Source: Pecten maximus (lineage: Eukaryota). From it: a stretch of 64,000 bases of DNA. The stretch is from NCBI RefSeq assembly GCF_902652985.1, contig NC_047028.1, forward strand, positions 25,606,001 through 25,670,000, in the 5' to 3' direction. This document shows, piece by piece, positions 13,501-24,715 of this stretch (its first letter is position 1; every line of letters starts with the position of its first letter). Made by a program: the position numbers and the translations under genes. The notes beneath the pieces were generated by a model. The model was not told the origin of the DNA and did no database searches. It saw nothing but the letters and a program-made list of their open reading frames with translations.

Positions 13501-16500
13501 TAAGACGCAATATATATAATAAAACATCTATGTCAGGAAATATCGGTAACCTAGTCACGTGATGTTGTATATACGCAGACTTTACAAGCACGCCACTTGT
13601 ATATACCATGGCAAAATAAACATCACTATCCAACGTGTACACAGTATGGATGTACCAGACGGATTATTTTGTGTCTCGCGTCACACCGCTCATGATGAAA
13701 CTGATATTGGACATATAAAACCATACCATGTAAGTGTTCATAAATATATACTCTTTATGCTTGCACACGTATTACTTTGCTAATGTAAAGTGATGGTAAT
13801 TTTGACAAAGTTTATTTAGATATGTTGATTGCTAACATTTTTTTTCAGAAATAGTGTTTATTCTTTGAAATCTTTCTGTTTTTTCATTTGAATATTGAGA
13901 TTAATAAATTACAATTACAAACACGCCATTTCGATTTTTTTATATCGTTTAATTAGCAAAATATATATATTACATAACACTGAAAATGCATTATCACACA
14001 TATAGATGCAGTCAAACCTGCCTTAGTTGACCACCTGAATTAAGCAACTCCCTCTCAAATGTGACCACATTTTCCCTCTCAATGTTATTTACTATACTAG
14101 TAACCTGATCCTGGATTAAGAGACCATATCTGTCATATATTCCAACTTCAAATGCTTGACTCGCGATCTACGGTTTAAAGTTTAAACTAAACGGACAGTG
14201 CGAAAACGTGGACTTTATAAACATCCACAGGGAAAAAAGAACACAATAATTGATTGTGAAAGAGTTTATTCAAGATGGATACATATGGCACAGCGACAAA
14301 AATACAAGTCATGTGAGAAACATACGGATATAATGGATACTATTTCTTTTATTAATGACTTTAAGATAATTCCCGTAGATAAACTGTATTTTATAGAACA
14401 TATTAGGTTTTAAGTATACGTTAGTAATTTAAAAACTGTGACAAATCACATGTCTTCATCGTTGCCCGCTGATCCTGGACATAATTACGAATGCTCTGAC
14501 AGTGAAAGTTATCATGAGTACTTAAACTTTAAACTATGTTTGAACAACCTGGTATATATATTGCTTGAGATTGTATTTCAGTATCTCCTCAATTCAGACA
14601 TTACAAAACAAATAAACAGACACTGTTAGGCAGTGCAGTCACAAAGGGGAACATGTAACCATAGGGACGTCATCTGAATGTTCAACAATGTACAACAATG
14701 TATATAATAGGCAAAGGGAGCAACATTGACCCGCATTCTGAAAATATATATTTTCGCTTACGTGCTCAATCTTGTGCCTATATAGATGCCAAGTTTCCCT
14801 TTATTTTGTTGTGTATTGACGCTGGAATCCAGACCAGTAAATTGATAAATGTACGCAAAACCGCACCAAAATATGTGTGACCTACTTATTCTTTCGAAAA
14901 ATAAAGTTCAGTAGTTCATGGTTAGAAATTACCAGTGTTTCTACTATCAATTCACCATTGACTGTATATATATAAATTCAGACAAGTATGTTGTGATGTT
15001 ATGATCTTACAGTATGTTTCATCAATATTACATTGAGGAAGTCCTAAGCCGTGTCAGGAAATCATAAAGTACTGTTACTTCCGCAAACAATCAATCGGCT
15101 TTAGGACACCATCCTTTGTGTTGTGTCATCTTTTGTTCCGAGTATTTGACCGATAATATCTGGAAAAACAAACAGTCTAATATTAATAATTTACATAATA
15201 GATTCAGAACGAGTGTTAGGATTACATATCCTTCTCCAGACAACAGACAGCATGCCTTTAATGTGGCGTATCGGCGGGCTGTCACGTGATGTTAGTTTAG
15301 ATACGTCAGACCAGATTACGTTTACTTCCGTTTGGTTTTAAATGAAAAACGTGCATGAACTGTAAGAAGACAGTATTAAAGAAAAAAAATGAATAAATTA
15401 AATAAATAATAAAAAAAAAATGTTTGCCAACTTCATTCGTTTTGCATAATGGTATCTTACTCTTAATTTGTTTTGAAAATTGCTTGTTGACTTTTGCACA
15501 TTGATTTAAAAATGTCAGAACGGGATATGGCAATCAGCTGGCTTCGTGGTAACGCAATTGCCTTTCAACTAGGCGGTCGAAGTTCGATTACCCGAAAAAG
15601 TAATGGGACACCTGCCAAACCATGTTCATGTTAATGTGCATTTGTTGTAAAATGAATAAAGTTTATATTCAAAGGTGCTTCAAATATATGTAAGGATGAG
15701 TTAATATTAATTACTGCTTAGTTGTTGAGATTTATATTTACGTTTAAAATGGATATACGAGGGAAACAAACGCAAGTTGATACTATTGAAATGTACCTGA
15801 TGTTGATCATTGTAGCTTGATTTATATATGTTTACCATAATAGTATACAATGCATGATACAAATCATATAAACACCTACATGAATAATGAATAAAGACAA
15901 TGACATCACTTTATGCCATGTCTGCATTCATATTACAAGGACATTCCCGGATATTGATAAAATACCTGGAAAAAAACAAACAGTAGATTTAGAAATATGT
16001 TATCCGTTTAAAATTCTTTCTTAGATTTTGTCCATTTCATGATTGAATAGCATTGTTTTTTCTTTAAATGACTTGTCGGTAGTTTCTGTTCTGCCTTCTC
16101 TTTTGTTATTTCCTTTTCAATGAACAACATTTCAGACGTGACAGAATCCTACAATATTTTGTAACCAAGGTATGTCCCATATTGATGATGTTACTTAACC
16201 AAGATTTGGCCTATATTTGCATGGAGACTGTAGTCGGAGAAGCAGAAGACGCTATCTCTTCCGGGACAACTGGTCTTCTCCTTTTACGTTTACAAGGATG
16301 TACATTCAAATAGTTACTTTTGTTTGTATTTTGCCGTCTTGTGTCGTTGCTTTGAGCAGGGATAACGACTTTGTTCCAATATCAGTGTTCTCTTATTTTT
16401 TTCTAAGGTGCAACCCGTTGCAGATGCAATCCCCCAACGCTCTGAGCTAAGAGTTAAGCATGCGCAACAGGACCACCCGGAGGGGGATCAGTTAGGAGGA

Positions 16501-19500
16501 GCACTCGTTACATATAAACATGACCAGGGATATTTCATCCATCGATTTGAGGAATTTGGCTTATACAAAAAATCTCTTTTAAGAGACTCTCTTCATTTGA
16601 AGTAAATATAACATTAATAGAATATATATGTATGTATATGAAGTTGGAAGAACTTGTTTTAAATCTAAAGAATTATCAGTATAGCGCGAAAAATGTAGTG
16701 TAAAGTTTGCTATTGCTTTGCCAAATAATAAATAACAATGTTTGAAATCAATATAGCGGCAATAAAAGATGTTATTATTTTCCCGTAATTGTAATCTACA
16801 TTTCGAAACAGTCATGAATGTAATTTATATATATATCTATAACATAATTCCTTAATGATAAAACACCTCTAAACTCTATATACCAATTCATTAAGCATTC
16901 CAAGCAAAGGAGAAGAGTGTGACTTTGTAATTTTTTTTTAACATTACAGGCAAAACGATCAGCTGGTCGAGCTCAATGAACATGATGTGAACACACTAGA
17001 CCACGACACAGCGGTGAAGCTGTTTCTGAACTTAGAAATTGGACAAGATAACACGATTGTAAGCCTTGCTCGAAAAACGTGCATGAAAAACCTTATAGCA
17101 GGTTTATCAATCAAAATCAAGTAATGTCACTAAAACTGTTCTTAAGCTGTTCTATGTAACAATTAATAAGCAGTAAATATTTAAGCCCAGTTGGCAATAG
17201 TCGCAGAAAATCTAATTGCCAATATGGAATAAATATTAGTAAATGTTATTGTCAATGAAGCTGACGACGGTCAAACTCCTGGAACACCTGGTATTTCCCC
17301 CATTAAACTCATTCGGGATCTCCATAAAGATTAATATTTTTTGTCATATTGTGTTCTCATTCTTTTTTAAGAAACAAAGTTAGAAATAAGGGCTTTGTTT
17401 TTATTTCCGTATGCATTGGTTGATTTTTATGAAACTCACAAAAGAAGTATTTCCAAATTCCAACTCGACAGGTATTGTGAATTAGTGATAATAATAAAAC
17501 ACTTGGAATGCAAAATGCCTACGCCGAAGCCTTGTTATGCCATATCACCAGAGCAAATCATTACGTCAAAACAGACCACTCAGTAAGGGTTAATATTTTA
17601 ATATTATTTATGTCTAAATCTTCATCACGATAACAAAGTCACGACTTAGCTATGTTTTTGGCTACCTATAATGTGTCGTAAGTATATATCAAGAACAACA
17701 GAGAAGGACTGTTTCCAGTAAATGTCATTTTATTAAATGACGAATAACATGTCAGCCATGCTGCCTAAACATATTTACAACATAAACAGTATCTTGATAT
17801 TATATACAACATAAACAATACCTTAATATTATATAGCCAAAAAGGTGGAGCACAAAATACGCCACAGGACTGTAATGATGTACGTCATTTCAGGCCCGTG
17901 CCAAATATGATATTGTGTTGTTCATATTTATGAATGTACTACGTCCTCTATGTACGCGTTCCGGTCTAATTTCAACCACCCGGAAAATGTCAATTGATAT
18001 ATATTACCATTTTAAATACAATGCAATTGATACATTTTGATGCATCGGTCGGCATCATGCTAAAGTTTCACGGAAATATATATCGTCCAAAAAGACCCTA
18101 TAATGTCACTGAAAAACTATACAGTTCACATGTAAGTCACTAGGTTCCCTACAGAAGTGTTAACGCAGTTAAAGACAATTTCCTTTTTGTTCTCACGCTT
18201 GAGCTTAAACATCATGTAAATATGTTTTCAGCTGGCTGCCAATTACCAAGTTTCTACAGATTCACTACGGAAAATAACATTCACATTATATGGCTTCACA
18301 ACAGGTAAGTAAAAATACAACGACGACGACGACGTCTGATTTAACGTAGACCATCACACAGTCCCCTTACCTACGCAATCTACATTTTTGTTTATTTTAA
18401 TTTAGTTTTAACACATAAGCCATTGACATTACGTGTGGTTAATTTTCGCGATCGATCCACCCATTTGTAGTTAGAGCTTACTCCAATTGGTATCCAACAA
18501 ATAAGCGTGGGTGAAATTTTCGCGATCAAAAGGACTTGGCGTAAATTTCCCCCTCGCGTAAATTTCTACTTTTACAGTAGATTATAATTTGAACGGTTGT
18601 CCTTTGTCGTACATTGTAAATATAGATATTTATTCTACAGAAAAACCCGAAGAGGAGGAGGAGAAGCCGATGGATATGATACGGGTAGAGAATGTTACAC
18701 TAACGTCAATGCATTTAAGTAGTAAAGCCAAAGATGAGGTGACTATTGCAACAAAGAAGAAGCCACATTTGTACCTAAATAAAGACCTTTCATTTACATC
18801 ACCCGGAATTCCTGAAAAAGATAAAACAGGTAAGATGATCTGTTTGGCGAAAGCTAGGACTAGGTTGGCGTTCTATATTAATGACCTGCTGTATACGTTA
18901 TCATTCTCTTAACGTACGGCGTGATTTATATTGGTAACCGTTAAGGAACAATGTTATATTATCCGTTTTCCGTTTCAATACTTCTCGTATTTCGTGTTTG
19001 TATTAGGATATATTGCTCACGGGTTTTCGTCTGCGCTGGTCTATTTTATCCATTAGTTTGGAGGGGCCGCGATAGCTCAGTCGGTCGGAGTGTCGGCAAT
19101 GTAACCTCAGGTGAGGGGGCCGCGATAGCTCAGTCGGTCGGAGTGTCGGCAATGTAACCTCAGGTGAGGGGGCCGCGATAGCTCAGTCGGTCGGAGTGTC
19201 GGCAATGTAACCTCAGGTGAGGGGGCCGCGATAGCTCAGTCGGTCGGAGTGTCGGCAATGTAACCTCAGGTGAGGGGGCCGCGATAGCTCAGTCGGTCGG
19301 AGTGTCGGCCATGTAACCTCAGGTGAGGGGGCCGCGATAGCTCAGTCGGTCGGAGTGTCGGCAATGTAACCTCAGGTGAGGGGGCCGCGATAGCTCAGTC
19401 GGTCGGAGTGTCGGCCATGTAACCTCAGGTGAGGGGGCCGCGATAGCTCAGTCGGTCGGAGTGTCGGCAATGTAACCTCAGGTGAGGGGGCCGCGATAGC

Positions 19501-22500
19501 TCAGTCGGTCGGAGTGTCGGCAATGTAACCTCAGGTAAGGGGGCCGCGATAGCTCAGTCGGTCGGAGTGTCGGCAATGTAACCTCAGGTGAGGGGGCCGC
19601 GATAGCTAAGTCGGTCGGAGTGTCGGCCATGTAACCTCAGGTGAATGTTCGAGGGCGTGGTTCGACGCTCCTTTCCTGTGTCGGTTTTTATAATTCCCGG
19701 AAAGCTAAAAAAAAAAAAAAAGGGTCGGTCTGGGCTGTCGTTGTTGTGTTCCTGGGCAATACACTTTACCCTAATCGCTCTGGGTGGCATGCGACGGACC
19801 TCGCGTTCAGTGAGGTAGTCACCACCTACTACAATGAGACAACGCCTCAAATGCCCCTGGCTGTTCACGGGGCGATAAACCCAGCATACAAACAAACTTC
19901 ATACCTCATACCTTCAGAGTACAAACTGCCCTGAATAGATAAAACTTTGTTAAGTTTCATAAATATGTTGTCGAACGATCTCCACTTTTCTTAATAATCC
20001 AAAATGTTCATCTTTTCTTAAACGGTGCCTTTTACTTGTGTAATAAATGTCACCAATACATTTTTATTTCCTCTCGCCTTTAGTTTTTGGACTGTTCAAA
20101 AAGGGTTGATAAATTTTCGAAACATTCGGAATTCATTGTCAGGTTCCTGAAATCGAAAATATTGCAATATATATAATATATAGTTTAGGTAGTTGATGAT
20201 ACTCCCACTCTCAGTCACGAATAAGTGTGCAATACATTTTCATATAGTTTTCTTGCTGATATCCACTTCTGAATGTTGCTATAATAGAAGAAGAATATAA
20301 TGCTTTTTCTTAATAATAAACCGTTCCTGTTTATTTTTTCAAGTACATTTCATAAGACATCGCTCGCGGAAGTTTGTTAACATGGCAGTAATTAGAAACA
20401 CAACTTTTCAACGAAAGGATACTGGCTTCCTGGCTGTCGATGAAAGAGAAAATGTGGTACGTATGCGGTATGCAAAATTGTTATTTTATCGTTTGCTTTT
20501 TATAATAGGAAGGGCGATATGAACGAACAATGATTTTATAAAAACAGTTGGCGAGGAAATGGCTAAAATTTCAACAACTTTGCCGATCCAAACCAACTAT
20601 ATATTTTTTAATCAGGAAATATTTTATCCGTGTCAAAATAGGAAACAAAATCTTCTTTGATTATCACATTGTTGATTATTTTGTAACAAGTGCCCGTTTG
20701 TATTTGAAGAATTGCTATATATGCACTACCTCATCAACATCATTAACAGTTTAATATTGCATGTGTACGTCTTGTTTAATTATTCTGGTTACTAGTTACA
20801 CAAGATAGCAAGTAAAGGGTTTAAAAATGTTGATTCTTCTTAGAGAACATCCCGTAGAAATTACCCATTAAACAGCAACATGAACCTCAAAAATATTATC
20901 AAACCTGCTTTTCAATCAATGTAAGTTGTTATATTCTAACAAACAATTTATTCACAAACACTTTTCTTTGATATCTCATAAAATGGTGTAATTTGATGAA
21001 ATCGATCACAGAACAGATAGTATCATCATTTCCCAACTTATTTACAGACGCTGCTGCCCAACTCTCATCCTAATGTGAACTTCGACGCAAGTTTCAACAA
21101 TTGGGGTAATTGGTATATCGAGTCCAAACGCTGTGGTAATTATTGTTTATGATTTATTAACATCGTTTAGCATTTATTAAATCTACTGAAATGTCAAATT
21201 AAAGAAAAAGAAATAAAAAAACAATAAACTACTCGCTAGCGTTCATGAACGAGGGCTTTGACCGGCATATCATAAAGTTTCGAATCTTGTCAAACAATGG
21301 TATACATCGTTATCCGGATAAAGACATTGGCCTCAAACTTTTGTCCCTGTAGTCGGTGCCATAACCTCCATTTTATACATATCGATTGTTTAGAGGAACA
21401 ACATGGGGTGTCTAGAAGTAAAGGGTTGTATTTAAAAATATAGCAATTTTTGGATTTTAATAAATTACAATTACGAGTGAGCTTTTCTTATATAATTTGC
21501 ACTTTATATCAATGGAAATTGTCTAATTCTTTTGAATCGCCAATTATTATAACAGAACTAGACCATTTCAATAGATATAATTTAAATATTCTATAAAAAA
21601 ATTCAATCTTAAATTGGATAAATTTGAGATACACCCCTTTACTTATTTCTCAGAAAAGGAAAATATCAACAAATGTATAACCAACTGTTTCTAAAGGTTT
21701 CTTAAAGAAACTGTCGATAACACCTTGACTTGGAATCATATCAATTGAGCGATCGGGATCAAAGGGGTTTGTGACAGAAATTATATTTCATATCTTCAGT
21801 TTATTTTTGAGTATCATCATTCATTACTGATTATTTTTCGGTGTAATAAACAATATATGGCCCTGGAGGCATGGTAATATGAAAGTTTGTTTACCCTCAG
21901 CTCTCTTATTTCCCTCGGGCAAGCCCTCGGGAAAAATGATACCTTCGGGTAAACAAACCTTCATATTACCCTGCACCCAGGGCCATAAATGCATAATATC
22001 AAGGTTCATTTTTCTAAGTATATGCGTTGGCAGTAGTGTTATTGCAATTTCTCATATAAATGGTTTTAGTTGTACATACATTGAAGGTAGCAAGGGTCAA
22101 ATACTTGAGAAAAACTTTTACAATATCTAACGATCAATAACGTCTAGGTAATAATTGGGTGTTAGAAAGTACATATAAATATAAACGCAAAGGCAAGTTC
22201 CAGAACTCGCAGACTTTAACGTACATATCACTATACGTCTTATTTATAAAACATTATTACGTATTACGATAATTTGTTGCATAATCGAATGATATTGAAT
22301 TTTATTCATCAAAATAATATCTTAATTGACTGTCTGTTTCTTGACATTTTAGATTTATGGCTAATTTTTTTATCACATGTTATGCTATCATCTTAACATG
22401 TCGACGATTACATGACAATAAGTTTAAGATGTCAAATCGACATAAATTATGTCGACAAATGTATATCAATCATAACATGTAGAGGTCCATTGACGTAAAC

Positions 22501-23186
22501 TGGTATTAATCACAAGTAGAGGTCCAATGACTTCTCCGTATTATGTTAATAAATTAATAATCAGAAGCTGTTTCATTGTCTAATATAACACATTACACGC
22601 GTAAGTTTTGCGTCATAACGCGTAAGGTTCGAGTAATAATGTGAAACTTAAGCTATAAATTTTCATTATTTAATCTCTCCAACGGTTCTCCAAAAACGGC
22701 AAAATACAAGATTAGCTTCATTGTCATCAGATAAAATTGAAACTGACGAAAGTCCGCTAAAGATGGTCATGTGACCAATGAAGATAATTGTATGTGCTTC
22801 TTAAATAGTACATATTAATATAAATTCAGTGTCCTTAAACGAAACTTCGTAAAAATGTTTTCAGGAATGTTTCATGTCCTATCTTTTTAATTATGGCACA
22901 TTTCGCGTAGGCAAACAAAAATAAGTAATTCAAATTACAGTATGTTGAATATGCCACTAGCAATGCCCTAGATTGTTATACATTTTTTGTTCACGGTTTG
23001 AACAGAGCAAGAATTATATGACGTTTCTGTACGATAGTATATATATATATATATGAGATATATATAATTTTGTTTGTATTTCTAGGCTGTTTTCTTGCTG
23101 AACGCAACAGAAGGCTGGTTACCATACCAAAAGACATGGATGGTCAGTTTATCATCAAAGCTGTCGACTGCCGGCATTGTCTCTAG
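10551..23186 (+). CDS. PDZ-domain + beta-trefoil (IL-1/FGF-like) protein with no signal peptide, 336 aa, 9 coding exons
   Basis: Exons 10551-10631, 16408-16601, 16950-17058, 18232-18304, 18641-18829, 20344-20456, 20858-20920, 21048-21135, 23086-23186. All are GT-AG with phases 0,2,0,1,1,0,0,1, total 1011 nt, ending TAG. PDZ signature: GYFIHRF...LHLKQNDQLVELNEHDVNTLDHDTAVKLF. Linker EKPEEEEEKP. Three trefoil-like repeats: VTIATKKKPHLYLNKD..HFIRH / TTFQRKDTGFLAVDE..CFSIN / WYIESKRCGCFLAERN..QFIIKA. AATAAA at 23456. The exon model is strong; the fold call is inference. Confidence 0.8.
11717..11854. other. Assembly gap (138 N)
   Basis: Run of N. Confidence 1.
13233..13391. mobile_element. Near-perfect 159-bp palindromic MITE-like element
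   Basis: TAAGGATTGAATCTTGATTTGGTCGATTTCATGGGGTCATGAATTGAGTTGC... is mirrored by ...GCAACTCAATTCATGACCCCATGAAATCGACCAAATCAAGATTCAATCCTTA. Centre TGAACTGC-TTC-GCAGTTCA. Confidence 0.85.
15536..15625 (+). mobile_element. Second tRNA-derived SINE family fragment
   Basis: GTGGTAACGCAATTGCCTTTCAACTAGGCGGTCGAAGTTCGATTACCC..GGGACACCTGCCAAACCATG, similar to 9010-9115 (-). Confidence 0.55.
19063..19644 (+). repeat. 53-bp tandem repeat x11 (SINE head)
   Basis: Unit GGGGGCCGCGATAGCTCAGTCGGTCGGAGTGTCGGCAATGTAACCTCAGGTGA. GATAGCT starts at 19071, 19124, ... 19601 (period 53); copies are near-identical. Confidence 0.97.
19063..19897 (+). mobile_element. tRNA-derived SINE with 5' head tandemly amplified 11 times
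   Basis: A-box TAGCTCAGTCGG in each head unit, then B-box GGTTCGACGCTCC after the last unit. CORE-like GTGTTCCTGGGCAATACACTTTACCC; 3' end CTGGCTGTTCACGGGGCGATAAACCC..CAAACAAAC. Homologous to 5262-5553. Confidence 0.85.
21856..21987. mobile_element. Palindromic MITE-like element
   Basis: TATGGCCCTGG..GGTAATATGAAAGTTTGTTTACCC pairs with GGGTAAACAAACCTTCATATTACC..CCAGGGCCATA; centre CCCTCGGGCAAGCCCTCGGG. Confidence 0.75.
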
Positions 23187-24038
23187 ATATATACATTACG
23201 TCATTACGGAATGCTGTTTCGTGAAACAAACTAATCCAATCCTGACTGTTTTATGCTGATAATGACCAAAAGGGATATATATATATTTATATTATTGATA
23301 TAAGATATGACTAGTTAATGTGTTTGCTTTTTACTTTAAATTTTCATATTGATATTAGAAGATAAAGTTTACTTACTTACTTGGCTGCTGACAGGATATG
23401 CTATTGCCTAAATGTAATACGAGCAATGATAACTAATCATAAACATTATTTTGCAAATAAAATTACCTTCAATGCTTGAAATATGAACCATTTCATATGT
23501 TTTTCACTTCACCTTAATTGTGACCAATGTTCACAATCAAATAAGTCTAAAGCAATTAAGTTTACATAGACTGATTTGATACGCCTGTGACCGATTAAAA
23601 TTTTTTTTAAGTGTCACTTTGTTGATTTGATACTGTTCATCCTTCTTTACACCGAATTAACATATGGTCAAATCATGTCACCAAAGTCGCGTTGAAAAAT
23701 GGATGGTTAACCACTGTGATGGATAAACTTGATCGAAGTAAGACACAAATTCTTGTTATACTTACATCCACTACATCATGTCAAGATTGATAGCCATTAA
23801 ATATTGCTGTACAATACAGGTTAAAATGTCTGATATATTTTTGTATATTTCCTCATCATTGGGCTTGCTATTTAATGGCATTTGATTGCAGTTTTCTGAG
23901 AACAGGGTGCATATCCTTTTCCCCAGACTAGAATCATTGAAAGAATCCTCCCCTACCTCAAGGCTGTGATAACGAATCTCCAACTCTACGGATAATATTC
24001 TTGTTGTCTGGCCTGTGGCTCTGTCAAGTATACGATTG

Positions 24039-24715
24039 AATTGTTGACATATGACGTCACTGTAATGTTGTAGTGACGTAATTGAATGTTGACATGTGAC
24101 GTCACTGTAATGTTATAGTGATGTAATTGAATTAATATCACGTGACGTTACTGTTATGTTGTCGTGACGTGATTGTATTGTTTATATGCTACGTTATTGT
24201 AATGTTGACATGACGCGATTGTATTGCTGACGTGTGACGTTACTCAAAGGTTGACGTGATACGAGTAAATTGCTGACATATGACATTACTGTAATTTTGT
24301 CGTGACGTGATTGTATTGTTGACATGTGACGTTACTGTAAAGTTGTAGTGACGTAATTGAATTGTTGACATGTGACGTCACTGTAATGTTATAGTGACGT
24401 AATTAAATTGTTGACATATGACGTCACTGTAATGTTAAAGTGACGTAATTGAATTGTTGACATGTGACGTTACTGTTATCCTGATGTGATGTGTTTGAGT
24501 TGTTGACATGTGACGTTACTGTAATGTTGTCGTAACGTGATTGGATTGTTGACATGTGACGTTACTTTAAAGTTGTAGTGACATAATTGAATTATTGACA
24601 TGTGACGTCACTGTAATGTTGTCGTGACTTGATTGGATTAATGATACGTGACGTTACTGTTATGTTGACATGATACGAGTAAATTGTTACTGTAATGCTG
24701 TAGTGAGGTGATTCA
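24039..24715. repeat. 46-bp minisatellite (~14 copies) rich in CRE/ATF motifs
   Basis: Unit ATTGTTGACATGTGACGTCACTGTAATGTTATAGTGACGTAATTGA; period 46 (24361 to 24407). Confidence 0.9.

Noticed and set aside
19063-19644. CRISPR-like array or tRNA gene cluster
   Set aside because: Units are contiguous with no unique spacers and there are no cas genes in this eukaryotic intron. Each unit has only the A-box half of a tRNA, and the array runs into a SINE body.
19584-19934. ORFs of 97-103 aa on both strands
   Set aside because: They are chance frames through the GC-rich SINE body.
21824-22130. Similar peptides (MKVCLP...KQTFILPC) on both strands
   Set aside because: This follows from the DNA palindrome and is not coding.
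23167-23186. C-terminal CaaX prenylation motif in the PDZ/trefoil protein (DCRHCL)
   Set aside because: The Cys residues are at -5 and -2, not -4.
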